From Candidatus Enterousia sp. (GTDB taxonomy: Bacteria > Pseudomonadota > Alphaproteobacteria > Rs-D84): 64,000 nt of DNA. Below are positions 1 through 9,567 of this stretch, one piece after another. Under the pieces are notes generated by a model. That model was not told where the DNA came from. It did not search any database and worked only from the letters and a program-made list of their open reading frames with translations. The first letter of the stretch is position 1; each line of letters opens with the position of its first letter. A program made the translations under genes and the position numbers. Location of the stretch: positions 6,786 through 70,785 of the forward strand of contig JAZTWM010000015.1 of assembly GCA_045635825.1 (NCBI GenBank). Reading direction: 5' to 3'.

Positions 1-1578
1 TTCTTGGAACCGGTGCATAACTTTGATGCGAATGGTAACGACATTGGTTTTGACAGCACAATTGGTGGTACGGTTAAATCAATGTTCTTGCAAAATATCG
101 CATTGACGGGCGGTGCAACATTTGGTACATCAGGTGAAATTATCGGGGGTAACCTGACCAGTCGTGCACTAATGGCGGCGGTGCAGGCAGATGCAGAACA
201 CATTACAGAACTGCAAAATCAAAAACAGGCGATACACAGACTGCCGTTTGATAGTAAACACAAGTTTTCAGCCACAATGACAAAAGACGGCGTAGTGTTC
301 TATATGGGTGCACCAGAGGTGGTTTTAACACATACAACACATATGATCGATTCTGCAGGCGAAGTTGTAAAAATAAACAAAAGGCAGATAAGTAAACTGA
401 TTGAACAAAATGCAAAACGTGCAATGCGATTGGTTGCATTTGCATTCAGCAAATCATGGGCAAATGACAATCAAATGCCAAATGATTTGGTATTTATATC
501 CATTGTTGCGATGCGTGACCAGGTGCGTGATGGCGTAACCGATGTTGTTGGGGCATTACAAGAATCGGGCGTTCAGGTTATGATGATAACAGGTGATATT
601 TTAGATACAGCACGTGCGATTGGTGTTGACTGTGGTATTATCACAGACGACAACGACATTGCCATTACATCGGCCGAATTTGAACAAATGACCGACCAAG
701 AAGCCAAACGTGCATTAAAGAAAATCAAAGTTATCGCACGTGCAATGCCAGAGACAAAACTGCGTGTTGTAAAATTAGCACAAGAACTGGGGCTGTGTAT
801 TGGTATGTGTGGCGATGGTACAAATGATGCACCGGCATTAAAGCGTGCAGATGTTGGATTCGCAATGGGTGACGGGACAGATGTTTGCAAAGAATCGGGC
901 GACATTATCATCACTGATAATAATTTCTTGTCGATTGCGAACTGTATTTTATTAGGACGAACATTTGTTCATAATGTTATCAGTTTCCTGCGATTCCAAT
1001 TACCGATTAACTTTGCATTGGTTATTTTAAGTGTATTGTTCCCGATTATATTTGGGTTTGATGCGTTTACAGCGGTACAAATATTGATTATCAATATTGT
1101 CATGGACAGTTTGAATTCAATGGCGTTTGGTGGGGAACCGGCACGACCAGAATACATGCGTGAACCCGCCCAAGGAAAACACGCACCATTAATTACACGT
1201 TCTGTCTTGGGGCGTATTGCATGGACAACAATCGGTTTTATTGCGGTTTTCGCAATGATGGAAATACCAAGTGTGCGTGCAAACTTTGCAACACCAGAAT
1301 TATATATGTCGGCACGATTTGCATTGCTGGTTATAATGGCGATTGTAAATGGATTCTGTGTACGCACAGATGGATTTAACCTGTTACGTGGATTGTCCAA
1401 GAACCCAATGTTTGTATGGGTTGCATTGGGTGTTGTTGGGTCAACTGTTTTATGCGTATCATTTGGTGGTGCGGTACTACAATTAGTGCCAATGAATATA
1501 TCACAATGGGCAATTGTATGCGGATTATCTTTGATGATTATACCAATCAACTGGGTACGGAAGATATTTGCCAGATAA
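1..1578 (+). CDS. Cation-transporting P-type ATPase, C-terminal part (5' end outside window)
   Basis: Frame is open from base 1. Motifs MITGDILDTA and GDGTNDAPALKRADVGFAMG mark the P-type ATPase hinge and P-domain. Multiple C-terminal TM helices follow. Confidence 0.8.
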   Translation, partial: FLEPVHNFDANGNDIGFDSTIGGTVKSMFLQNIALTGGATFGTSGEIIGGNLTSRALMAAVQADAEHITELQNQKQAIHRLPFDSKHKFSATMTKDGVVFYMGAPEVVLTHTTHMIDSAGEVVKINKRQISKLIEQNAKRAMRLVAFAFSKSWANDNQMPNDLVFISIVAMRDQVRDGVTDVVGALQESGVQVMMITGDILDTARAIGVDCGIITDDNDIAITSAEFEQMTDQEAKRALKKIKVIARAMPETKLRVVKLAQELGLCIGMCGDGTNDAPALKRADVGFAMGDGTDVCKESGDIIITDNNFLSIANCILLGRTFVHNVISFLRFQLPINFALVILSVLFPIIFGFDAFTAVQILIINIVMDSLNSMAFGGEPARPEYMREPAQGKHAPLITRSVLGRIAWTTIGFIAVFAMMEIPSVRANFATPELYMSARFALLVIMAIVNGFCVRTDGFNLLRGLSKNPMFVWVALGVVGSTVLCVSFGGAVLQLVPMNISQWAIVCGLSLMIIPINWVRKIFAR

Positions 1579-1582
1579 CAGT

Positions 1583-1612
1583 CCCCCAAAATGGGGGATG
1601 TTTTTTTGCACA
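1583..1612 (+). terminator. Rho-independent terminator after the ATPase gene
   Basis: Hairpin tcccccaaaatggggga followed by a T-run. Confidence 0.5.
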
Positions 1613-1752
1613 ACCAGGGTTCCGGGGTCAAGCCCCGGAATGACAATTGTTTTTTATAATTGAGAAATAAAATATGAATAACATAAAAAAATCCCCCCGA
1701 ACAATCGGGGGAAATTGTCCAATATATGTTAGTTTTTTATTTTTGTTCTGGC

Positions 1753-2802
1753 TTAGAACTGAACGTTCAAACGAACACCCAATTCAGCCTTAACATCTGT
1801 GCCATTCTGTGACATTTTGTTTGCATCATCGAATGTGTATTCGCCATATACAGCAACCTGCATAGCGTCATCCAACTGATATGCAGCGGTCAGGTTCAAT
1901 ACATATTCATCAAACCCATCGTTCATATCAGCAACTTTTGCCAACAAACCGTCAACCAACATCTGCTGAACTGTTGCAGATGGATATGGAATACCAGGCA
2001 ACTGTGGTGCAACAGGTTCTTTCAAACCAGAAGCCAAACCTTCTACGCCATTATCTGCGTGGTGTTTATATGTAAAACCACCACCGAATGACCAACGATC
2101 ATCCAATTGATAGAACAGCTTTAAACCAGCATTAACTTCGGTTGCAGATTTCAAATCAACTGAGATTTGATCCTTAAAGCCCAACATTGTCATTGGCAAA
2201 CCACCAACTTCTGCAACTTTGTAACCTGTTACATCAATTTCATTGTTGTCGTTGCCGAATGTACGCAAAACTTCTACGAAACCAGCCATGCTGAAGTTTG
2301 ACCAAGCCTTGCCAACCTGGGTTCCAACGTGGAAGCCCCAACGGCCATTTGAATAGTTGTCATATGTAAATCCGTTTGCAGCGTATGAACCAGACATTGG
2401 GCTAACACCACCCAACTGGGCATCTGCATACAAATCCCATGCCCAACCTGTGTCTGTGTCAATTGCGCGATATTTCAAACCGGCACGACCCAGGTGCATA
2501 CCCTTGCGGTCAATATCACCGTCGTGGGTATAACCAAATTTCGCATAGGCTTCTAAATTATCTAAAATACCATAGCCTAATTCTTCTTGGACACGCCAGA
2601 TTGGAAACTCTGTCGCACCATCATGTTGTTTTAATTTCATTGCTTCTGTGTCATCTGCAACTTTGTACATAACACCAGCAGATGTTTTGGAATACCCCAT
2701 ACCCTGTTTTGGCATGTATAATGGATTTTCCAGGTTGGCCGCAATTGCAGGTGCTGCGAATACAGACAAAGCAACTGCTGCACTGATAGTTTTTTTCATC
2801 AT
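1753..2802 (-). CDS. Outer-membrane beta-barrel protein (porin-like) with signal peptide
   Basis: N-terminal signal peptide MMKKTISAAVALSVFAAPAIA. Alternating amphipathic pattern and a C-terminal ...VRLNVQF ending in Phe. A hairpin terminator lies downstream at 1680-1718. Confidence 0.6.
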   Translation of the reverse strand: MMKKTISAAVALSVFAAPAIAANLENPLYMPKQGMGYSKTSAGVMYKVADDTEAMKLKQHDGATEFPIWRVQEELGYGILDNLEAYAKFGYTHDGDIDRKGMHLGRAGLKYRAIDTDTGWAWDLYADAQLGGVSPMSGSYAANGFTYDNYSNGRWGFHVGTQVGKAWSNFSMAGFVEVLRTFGNDNNEIDVTGYKVAEVGGLPMTMLGFKDQISVDLKSATEVNAGLKLFYQLDDRWSFGGGFTYKHHADNGVEGLASGLKEPVAPQLPGIPYPSATVQQMLVDGLLAKVADMNDGFDEYVLNLTAAYQLDDAMQVAVYGEYTFDDANKMSQNGTDVKAELGVRLNVQF

Positions 2803-3028
2803 TTAACTCCTTGTTTTCGATGAATGCCGTGCCCCCCATTATTGGCAAGAGCCGGGTTCATATCCATACCGCCCATTCTTGGCAACAGTATGTGTTTTGT
2901 GATATGAACATTTATATTGTTATCTATCATAGGAACAATGTCAAAAAATCTTTTTGCTTGACATTTGGCACTTGAAAATATATCGACGTGAAACTATATA
3001 AAAAGTACGAGCAGTAAAGAGGTGTATC

Positions 3029-3568
3029 ATGGATGCAGATTTTCAACAAAAAATGGCAATTGTATCAGGTGCGAACATTCCCGCCAGACAAGGACAAAAA
3101 CTGAGCGAGGCACAGAAAAAAGAAATTGCAAAAAATTATTTTAAGTTATTCTTTGCATTATCTATGACAAATTGGATGGCAAATAATACTTTGGGGGCAT
3201 CTTGGCACAAGGCAATGTCACAAATGGATGCATATACCGGTGCAAAAAATACTAATAATCCAGTTGCAATGTATATCAAACAACTGCACGTTGCACACAA
3301 GGCCAAGTGGAACCATATCATGATGACACATAAATTGCGTGATAAAAAACTGAACATATCACCAGATGTCGCGAAAAAATGGAATATGCGTGTTGCAACC
3401 AATGTACGCGAAGGATTGAACGGATTAAACGCAGAACTGAATAAGTTTCAGGCACCACCACAGAAGCAACAGGCAAAACAACCAACCATGTCACCAGAAA
3501 TGCAAAAAAGAATGCAGATGTGGTTGTTACAACAACGCATGCAAAACCAAAATCAACGTTCTGCATAA
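3029..3568 (+). CDS. Hypothetical protein with Q-rich C-terminus
   Basis: Long ORF with a promoter-like AT-rich upstream region. Followed by a bidirectional hairpin terminator at 3571-3602. Confidence 0.45.
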   Translation: MDADFQQKMAIVSGANIPARQGQKLSEAQKKEIAKNYFKLFFALSMTNWMANNTLGASWHKAMSQMDAYTGAKNTNNPVAMYIKQLHVAHKAKWNHIMMTHKLRDKKLNISPDVAKKWNMRVATNVREGLNGLNAELNKFQAPPQKQQAKQPTMSPEMQKRMQMWLLQQRMQNQNQRSA

Positions 3569-3598
3569 AAACACCCCCAGAAAAACTGGGGGGATTTT

Positions 3599-4144
3599 TT
3601 ATTTTGTTTTCTGTTTAATCTGGGCATACAGTTCCAGTTTTTCAGGATGTTCAATCATGTATTTTACGGTTGCCAACATAACTTCTTCGGATGCAGCAAT
3701 ATCACAAGCACGACCACCACAATACATCCATCCCCCAGGCAACACAGAATATCGCAATGTTTCTGGATTATAAAAAATTACATTACCAGAAATGTCGTTA
3801 CCACGACGACTGTAAAACAACATTCCGTTATCCGCAATGCGACATGTCTGGGCCACAATCGCCATTGGAATACGTGGACGAATTACGGAACTCTGTTCAC
3901 ATATCTTTTTAAACACCGGCATCATACGCTTTATAGTGCGACCACCCATAATCGCATAGTTGTTATAAGTGTTGCGATTTAATTTACCCGCATTGCAATC
4001 GTACATTACAAAATTATCAAACTTAGATCCTAACATAAACTCAACCAACGCACCTGTTAAGGCAGGACGACCACTGCGTGGGGTCTTGGTGTCTTCGAAG
4101 ACATCATTAAATTCAGGATGCAACAAGTCGGGTAAACTTTTCAT
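3599..4144 (-). CDS. Hypothetical protein (no recognisable motif)
   Basis: 181-aa ORF. Shares the 3571-3602 hairpin as its terminator. Confidence 0.45.
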   Translation of the reverse strand: MKSLPDLLHPEFNDVFEDTKTPRSGRPALTGALVEFMLGSKFDNFVMYDCNAGKLNRNTYNNYAIMGGRTIKRMMPVFKKICEQSSVIRPRIPMAIVAQTCRIADNGMLFYSRRGNDISGNVIFYNPETLRYSVLPGGWMYCGGRACDIAASEEVMLATVKYMIEHPEKLELYAQIKQKTK

Positions 4145-4153
4145 TTTGTATGA

Positions 4154-5404
4154 CTATCTCTTTTGCTTGTACGCCAAGACATATGGCACAAATTTTTCGG
4201 CGTGCGTATCACCCAACCAGACACGTGGAATCAAAATCGCATTCCCCATACCGGCCGCCATCTTGTCGATAACTTCGCCATTTTTGGCATTTCTTAACTC
4301 TGGTAATTTCACCGTCACAGAATCCATCGTCCCTGGCAGAATAAATGTGATTTCATCACCCGCGCGTGTTTCGTTACGCAATTCAAATGTAATATTTTCA
4401 TCGTCCACTGCAGTAATTACACCGGCTGCATGAAAGTTTGATGTACTGCGTGTTGTTTCGTAATTATGTGCATCTGCCGTCACAGGTCCATCAAAAAATG
4501 CCGTTGTATAACCACGTGTTTCCAATCGGTTCAGGTTTTCCATAAATGGTGTGGGATCAAAGTTTTCAGGGTCACGTGCATAGGTATCTAATGCACAACG
4601 ATATGCATGCACCACAGAACCAACATAATATTCACTGCGATTGCGACCTTCGATTTTTAAAGAATCAGGATTAGCAGATACAACATCCGCCAGACGTGGC
4701 ATCAGGCATAAATCTTTGGAGTTCATAATGTATGCACCACGATCATCTTCGGTAATTGGCATTTCAACACCGCTGTCTTTTTCACGCAATACGACATCAT
4801 ATTTCCAACGACACAATTGTGCACACGCACCACGATTTGCTGGACGGCCAGTTATAAAATTAGACAACAGGCAACGACCTGAATAAGACATACACATTGC
4901 ACCATGAACAAAGATTTCCAACCCAACATCTGGGCATTCGGCACGAATGGTTTTAAATTCACTGTGTGATACTTCACGTGCCAGAACACATAATTTCGCG
5001 CCTGCATTCTGCCAAAACTTTACGGTTTTCGCCGAGCAGATATTCGCCTGGGTTGAAATGTGAATTGGCATTTCTGGAAAGTTTTCACGCACCCACATTA
5101 CAATACCAGGATCCGACACAATCAGGGCATCAGGGCCCAGGTAGCGTATAACATCGGCTACACGTGGCATATGTGCATATTCGTGATCGTGTGCAAACAG
5201 GTTAAATGCCAGATAAACCTTTTTACCGGCCGCATGCGCCAATTCGATACCTTGCTTAACCCCTTCGACATCGATTTTTGCGCGTGCACGCATTGAAAAC
5301 CCAGGCAAACCCGCATAAATTGCATCTGCACCATATAAAATGGCGGTTTTAAAGGCATCCAACGTACCCGCCGGTGCCAAAAGTTCAGGTAATTTCGTAT
5401 TCAT
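4154..5404 (-). CDS. Peptidase U32 family protein (YegQ/TrhP-like)
   Basis: Conserved U32 core including the E-x-F-x-x-G-A-M-C-x-x-x-S-G-R-C motif (IFVHGAMCMSYSGRCLL). Start trimmed to MNTK (5404), which has an AGGGGG RBS. The longer listed ORF would overlap the tRNA. Confidence 0.8.
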   Translation of the reverse strand: MNTKLPELLAPAGTLDAFKTAILYGADAIYAGLPGFSMRARAKIDVEGVKQGIELAHAAGKKVYLAFNLFAHDHEYAHMPRVADVIRYLGPDALIVSDPGIVMWVRENFPEMPIHISTQANICSAKTVKFWQNAGAKLCVLAREVSHSEFKTIRAECPDVGLEIFVHGAMCMSYSGRCLLSNFITGRPANRGACAQLCRWKYDVVLREKDSGVEMPITEDDRGAYIMNSKDLCLMPRLADVVSANPDSLKIEGRNRSEYYVGSVVHAYRCALDTYARDPENFDPTPFMENLNRLETRGYTTAFFDGPVTADAHNYETTRSTSNFHAAGVITAVDDENITFELRNETRAGDEITFILPGTMDSVTVKLPELRNAKNGEVIDKMAAGMGNAILIPRVWLGDTHAEKFVPYVLAYKQKR

Positions 5405-5497
5405 ACCCCCTATTTTGCCCCAAATAAATCCAAAGGCAAGAAATTTTATGATTTTTTTACTTGCGTTTGTTTTCCAGATATGTATAATGGGTGGCAT

Positions 5498-5573
5498 GCC
5501 GGTTTAGCTCAGCTGGTAGAGCGGCTGATTTGTAATCAGTAGGTCGTTGGTTCAAGTCCGACAACCGGCACCA
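5498..5573 (+). tRNA. tRNA-Thr (anticodon UGU)
   Basis: 76-nt cloverleaf folded by hand. Acceptor GCCGGTT/AACCGGC, D-arm GCTCAGCTGGTAGAGC, anticodon loop TTTGTAA, T-arm GTTGGTTCAAGTCCGAC, encoded CCA. Followed by a hairpin terminator at 5577-5606. Confidence 0.85.
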
Positions 5574-5636
5574 GTTTAGAAACGCACCATTTGGTGCGTT
5601 TTTTCTTTGGATTTCTTTGACTTTTTGATTTTTTGT
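5525..5636 (+). repeat. attL: 112-bp direct repeat (3' two-thirds of tRNA-Thr plus 63 bp downstream)
   Basis: Identical to 11355-11466 over 112 bp (compared by eye, base by base). Confidence 0.85.
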
Positions 5637-5782
5637 TGGGGGCACAAACCAGAAATCGCACAAGCAGAAAAATCGAAAATATAAAAGCCCTTTTTGATGC
5701 TTATGATGTACAATATTCTTCGCTTGAAATAGTGCTATATTAGCTCTTGAAAATATAAACATAAGAATATATCGCTAGTTTA

Positions 5783-6124
5783 TCATTCCCCATCTGGGAT
5801 TTCGGGGCTGGATACTTCGGTAATATCATCAAATGGGATTTTGGTTTTGACTATGGTGATGTATCGGTATTCGGGGTCTATGCGGGTGACCATGCCCGTT
5901 ATGGTGTCATAGGCATCGGTCCGATAAAATCGCACCGTTATCATCATGCCTTTTTTAATCAGCCCAAGTTTCCGTGACAGTCGTTCTGCGGCATCGCCAA
6001 TCAATTCCCGTCTGGGCTCCACCACCCGATTTTTAGCCAGCACCATCGCATAGTACCCACGCAGGGCCGCAAAAGGCATAAACTGTTTTGCACGTGCGGT
6101 ATTATCAGCCATTGTGTCCCCCAA
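5783..6124 (-). CDS. YolD-like protein (accessory partner of UmuC-type polymerases)
   Basis: 113 aa. Overlaps the polymerase gene by 20 nt, which suggests an operon. Sequence pattern resembles the YolD family. Confidence 0.6.
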   Translation of the reverse strand: MGDTMADNTARAKQFMPFAALRGYYAMVLAKNRVVEPRRELIGDAAERLSRKLGLIKKGMMITVRFYRTDAYDTITGMVTRIDPEYRYITIVKTKIPFDDITEVSSPEIPDGE

Positions 6125-7367
6125 CCAAAGTATTACGTTTGCGACCGGTGGACCTCTCGTGATAATTTATGCCACGCAGGACGGCATTCTTGCCAAACTT
6201 GCCCTTGATATCCAGCAATGCGTGTTGCAGTTTGCTTTCGCGTTCGTCCGCCCTTGTGTCCGCAAATAAATCCAGTTGCAGATGCACCGTATCCGCATCA
6301 ACCAGGTTCCCTAGCCCCACCGTCAATTTATGTATCGGCGTGCGTTTGTCGGTCGTTTCCCTATACAATCGCATAAACTCCGCCACCAACGATTTATAGG
6401 ACGATGTGTGCGCTGGCAATTTACGACTGCCCCCAGTTGGGCGTCGCACATCACGTGAATACCCCACCGACAGAGATATTTCATCCGCCACCAGATTCTT
6501 TTCCACCAATTCCAAGACCAGGTTATCGACCATTTCCTGCATCACAATCTGTGCGTCGTCAAAGTTATAGTCTTCGAACAGAATCTGGCCGTTGGACAGG
6601 GAATGGGATTTCGCCTGATAATTGTGAATGTCGGCAATCGTGCACGGTTCAACACCATTGGCATGGTCAATCAGGTATTCCGCGTTTGTGCCGAACTCAC
6701 GATACAGGGTTTCGGGCGGCAACTGCGTCACCCCATACAGGTCATAAACACCGTATTTTTCCAGTCGCCGTGCAATACCCGCCCCGATGTTCCAGATATC
6801 TGTTATCGGCCGATGGTGCCACAGGTGCTGGCGGAACGATTCCGCATCCAGGTATCCGATATGGTCGGGGACTTTCTTGGCCGTGATGTCCAGCGCAACC
6901 TTAGCCAAAAACAAGTTCGTGCCAATGCCAGCGGTGGCGCATATGCCCGTCTCGGCCCGCACCGCATCCATCAGCATTATCGCCATTTCTTTGGGCGACC
7001 GTTTATACATTTTCAAGTAAGGCGTGATATCGATAAAGCATTCATCAATGGAATAGACATGGATGTCTTCGGGTGAAATATAGCGCAGATAAATCCCGTA
7101 AATCTGGGCGGATACCTCCATATACTTTTTCATGCGGGGCATGGCGGTGATGTATTCGACCCCACGCGGGATTTCAAAGACTCGACATCGGTTGCGAATC
7201 CCCAGTACCTTCATCGCCGGCGTTATCGCCAGACAGACCGACCCCCGCCCCCGTGACGGGTCCGCCACCACCAGGTTTGTTGTAAATGGGTCCAGGCCAC
7301 GGTCAACCGCTTCGACCGAGGCAAAGAAACTCTTTAAATCAATGCAAAGATAAAACCTTTCCGCCAT
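6105..7367 (-). CDS. Y-family (UmuC/DinB-type) translesion DNA polymerase
   Basis: N-terminal LCIDLKSFFASVE and SIDECFIDIT catalytic motifs. 420 aa. Local GC about 50%, versus about 30-40% for neighbours. Confidence 0.85.
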   Translation of the reverse strand: MAERFYLCIDLKSFFASVEAVDRGLDPFTTNLVVADPSRGRGSVCLAITPAMKVLGIRNRCRVFEIPRGVEYITAMPRMKKYMEVSAQIYGIYLRYISPEDIHVYSIDECFIDITPYLKMYKRSPKEMAIMLMDAVRAETGICATAGIGTNLFLAKVALDITAKKVPDHIGYLDAESFRQHLWHHRPITDIWNIGAGIARRLEKYGVYDLYGVTQLPPETLYREFGTNAEYLIDHANGVEPCTIADIHNYQAKSHSLSNGQILFEDYNFDDAQIVMQEMVDNLVLELVEKNLVADEISLSVGYSRDVRRPTGGSRKLPAHTSSYKSLVAEFMRLYRETTDKRTPIHKLTVGLGNLVDADTVHLQLDLFADTRADERESKLQHALLDIKGKFGKNAVLRGINYHERSTGRKRNTLVGGHNG

Positions 7368-7370
7368 TCC

Positions 7371-7395
7371 GTGAATCAGTATAAACCGAATTCAC
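7371..7395. promoter_or_regulatory. Palindrome GTGAAT-N13-ATTCAC immediately upstream of the polymerase start codon (candidate operator)
   Basis: 6-bp inverted arms seen directly. Position is -4 to -28 relative to the ATG at 7367. Confidence 0.3.
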
Positions 7396-7458
7396 AGGAT
7401 GTCAAAAAGGATTGTATGGATAAAGAAACCCGCCCACATGGGGCGGTTTCAAATTTTA

Positions 7459-7707
7459 TTATTTTTTCTTTTTTGTCCCCGACCTTTCTGTCGTAGAATT
7501 ATAAACAGCCCATATCAAAGCAAAAACCCAACCAAACAACGTAAATCCTAAGAATAAATTTAGAATAAAAATTGCTGTAAAATTAATGTGCTTTCTGCAT
7601 GCTGCAACAATAGAAGGCAAAAAGTAGATACCGATTAACAAAACTAGATATATCATCCCTAATAAAAATTCCATAATGTCCCTCTTTTTGTTATTTATTC
7701 TACGCAT
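7459..7707 (-). CDS. Small 2-TM membrane protein, superinfection-immunity (Imm)-like
   Basis: 82 aa. Two hydrophobic helices with the ...RKH.NF.AIFILNLFLGFTLFGWVFALIWA pattern typical of Imm_superinfect-type proteins. A hairpin terminator lies downstream. Confidence 0.55.
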   Translation of the reverse strand: MRRINNKKRDIMEFLLGMIYLVLLIGIYFLPSIVAACRKHINFTAIFILNLFLGFTLFGWVFALIWAVYNSTTERSGTKKKK

Positions 7708-8072
7708 GAATAAGAATATGTTTTTGGCATTCTGTACATGTTATTAGATATAGCGTCCACAAATACTGGTAATATACCAACCATCCAACCAATCGGGAAT
7801 ACGTCCAAGATAACTGCTGGTGTATTTAATTCACGCATAACCGTCTTTTCGGAACATGCCGAATTAGATGACTTGATGGTCAAATCATTATTTGAAAATA
7901 TAACCATATCTTGGTCTGGCTTTATCTTGTACACACCGCTATCGGCAGATACGGTTATCGTATCTTTGGAATTGTTGTACAGACGGGTTTCATGGTTGCT
8001 GCCTATACCGATTGTTCCGCATGCTGATAAAGTAAATAGAATTGATAAGATAACAAACTTTTTCATAGGCAC
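7695..8072 (-). CDS. Lipoprotein (lipobox LSAC)
   Basis: Signal peptide MKKFVILSILFTLSAC. Overlaps the imm-like gene by 13 nt. Confidence 0.55.
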   Translation of the reverse strand: MPMKKFVILSILFTLSACGTIGIGSNHETRLYNNSKDTITVSADSGVYKIKPDQDMVIFSNNDLTIKSSNSACSEKTVMRELNTPAVILDVFPIGWMVGILPVFVDAISNNMYRMPKTYSYSCVE

Positions 8073-8119
8073 TCCTTATTTTATGTCACAATAAACTTTA
8101 ATGAATAAATCCCCATAAA

Positions 8120-8506
8120 TCAATATGGTTTTTGGGATAAGACTTTTGATACAATTAAGTCAGCTGGTAATTGTGGGTGTGCCGGCAGGTCTGATACTAG
8201 CACCCAGTGCATATCATCGTGGACATGCAATTGGATTTCGCCGAGATAGGATACGATTTCGTATGTGTGCAGTTCGATTACCTTACCTGAATCTGTTGTA
8301 TGTTTTGCGATTGTAATAAGGTCGCCAACTTGCGCATCTATCCCCAATTCTTCGGTCAGTTCACGTTTCAGGCATGTTGGTCCATCTTCACCATCTTCAA
8401 ATTTACCGCCGGGATATTCCCATTCGCCAGCCAATGGCTGGTCAGCCGCCCGTCGCATCAGCAGAACTTTATCCCCATCTCTAAAAATCGCAGCAGTTAC
8501 TTTCAT
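8120..8506 (-). CDS. NUDIX hydrolase
   Basis: Canonical Nudix box G-x5-E-x7-R-E-U-x-E-E-x-G-U: GKFEDGEDGPTCLKRELTEELGI. Confidence 0.85.
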   Translation of the reverse strand: MKVTAAIFRDGDKVLLMRRAADQPLAGEWEYPGGKFEDGEDGPTCLKRELTEELGIDAQVGDLITIAKHTTDSGKVIELHTYEIVSYLGEIQLHVHDDMHWVLVSDLPAHPQLPADLIVSKVLSQKPY

Positions 8507-8514
8507 TTGTTTCC

Positions 8515-9567
8515 TTAGGCCTTGGTATAAAACGTTGTGCGACCGTTGCCGTGTTTGACCAGGTGGCCATTATCTGTCAGGTTGCGCAGGATTTTCTTTA
8601 CCGTGTCGATATTCATCCCTAAATGCTGGGCCAGTTCACCCGATGACCATTCGGCACGCACCTCAAAAGCCCCCAGGATATTTAATGCATTACGGGACAA
8701 TGCGGTATCCGTACCGCTGGCACGTTCCAGCTTGGATTCCAGATGGCGTTTTTGTTTCTGTAATGATGTGATAAAGAAATCCAACCAAGGACCATAATCA
8801 ACGCTGTCCGACCAGATTGTCTTTTGCGTGTCATGCAACGCACGATAATACATGCCTTTGCTGGCCTCTATAATCGATTCCATTGACGCATATGGCATAT
8901 ATGAATAACCGCTTTGCAGCATCAGCATCGTTGTCAATGCACGTGACATACGTCCATTTCCGTCCTTGAACGGGTGAATAGACAGGAAATGCACAATAAA
9001 CACGCCAATCACAACGATTGGATGCAAATAACGTTCTTTCAGGTTCAGATTAGTCCAGTCCAGCAATTCGCCCATCAGACGTGGCGTATCGAACGGTGTT
9101 GCCGTTTCAAATATAGACCCGATTTCATGACCGTTTGCGTCAAAAGCGGCAACACGGTTGGATGAAGTTTTATATTCGCCACGGTGGTCGATATCCTTGC
9201 TGGAATGCGACAACAGAATTTTGTGCAACTGCTTGATATAATTTTCATTCAATGGAATAACCGAATAATCATTCAAGATACGGTCGACCAAGTCGGCATA
9301 TCCGGCAACTTCTTCTTCGTCACGACTTTTGAAAGATGTTTTGTTGACGTTTTTGAACAGGGTTTCGATTTCTGCATCTGTCATCTTGTTCCCCTCGATG
9401 CGGTTGGACGAGCCGACGGATTCAATGGTTGCAACCATTCTCATGGCACGCAAGACATCCGGGCGAACCTTAATCGCACCGCTGTCCCAGTTGGCCTTAA
9501 AAACGTCCAGTTCTGAAATCTTGTTCAGCATTTCTGGCGTGATAATAATATTCTTCATATTTGGCAT
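8515..9567 (-). CDS. Fic family protein with C-terminal winged-helix domain
   Basis: Fic motif HPFKDGNGRMSRAL. N-terminal inhibitory-helix-like SNRIEG (S-x-x-x-E-G). Confidence 0.85.
   Translation of the reverse strand: MPNMKNIIITPEMLNKISELDVFKANWDSGAIKVRPDVLRAMRMVATIESVGSSNRIEGNKMTDAEIETLFKNVNKTSFKSRDEEEVAGYADLVDRILNDYSVIPLNENYIKQLHKILLSHSSKDIDHRGEYKTSSNRVAAFDANGHEIGSIFETATPFDTPRLMGELLDWTNLNLKERYLHPIVVIGVFIVHFLSIHPFKDGNGRMSRALTTMLMLQSGYSYMPYASMESIIEASKGMYYRALHDTQKTIWSDSVDYGPWLDFFITSLQKQKRHLESKLERASGTDTALSRNALNILGAFEVRAEWSSGELAQHLGMNIDTVKKILRNLTDNGHLVKHGNGRTTFYTKA

Noticed and set aside
4154-5497. Full-length 447-aa version of the U32 peptidase ORF
   Set aside because: The N-terminal 31 codons would run through the tRNA-Thr gene. 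The internal MNTK start has a good RBS and matches the family N-terminus.
5457-5762. 101-aa ORF on the minus strand
   Set aside because: It lies antisense across tRNA-Thr, its terminator and the attL repeat. There is no RBS. It is an artefact of the open frame.
6169-7353. Several 70-160-aa plus-strand ORFs (6169-6399, 6404-6886, 6603-7076, 6787-7020, 7132-7353)
   Set aside because: All lie antisense inside the GC-rich Y-family polymerase gene. High GC suppresses stop codons. No independent support.
7368-7400. Canonical SOS boxes upstream of the polymerase operon
   Set aside because: Neither GTTC-N7-GTTC, CTGT-N8-ACAG nor GAAC-N4-GTTC is present. Only the GTGAAT-N13-ATTCAC palindrome was found, reported separately at low confidence.
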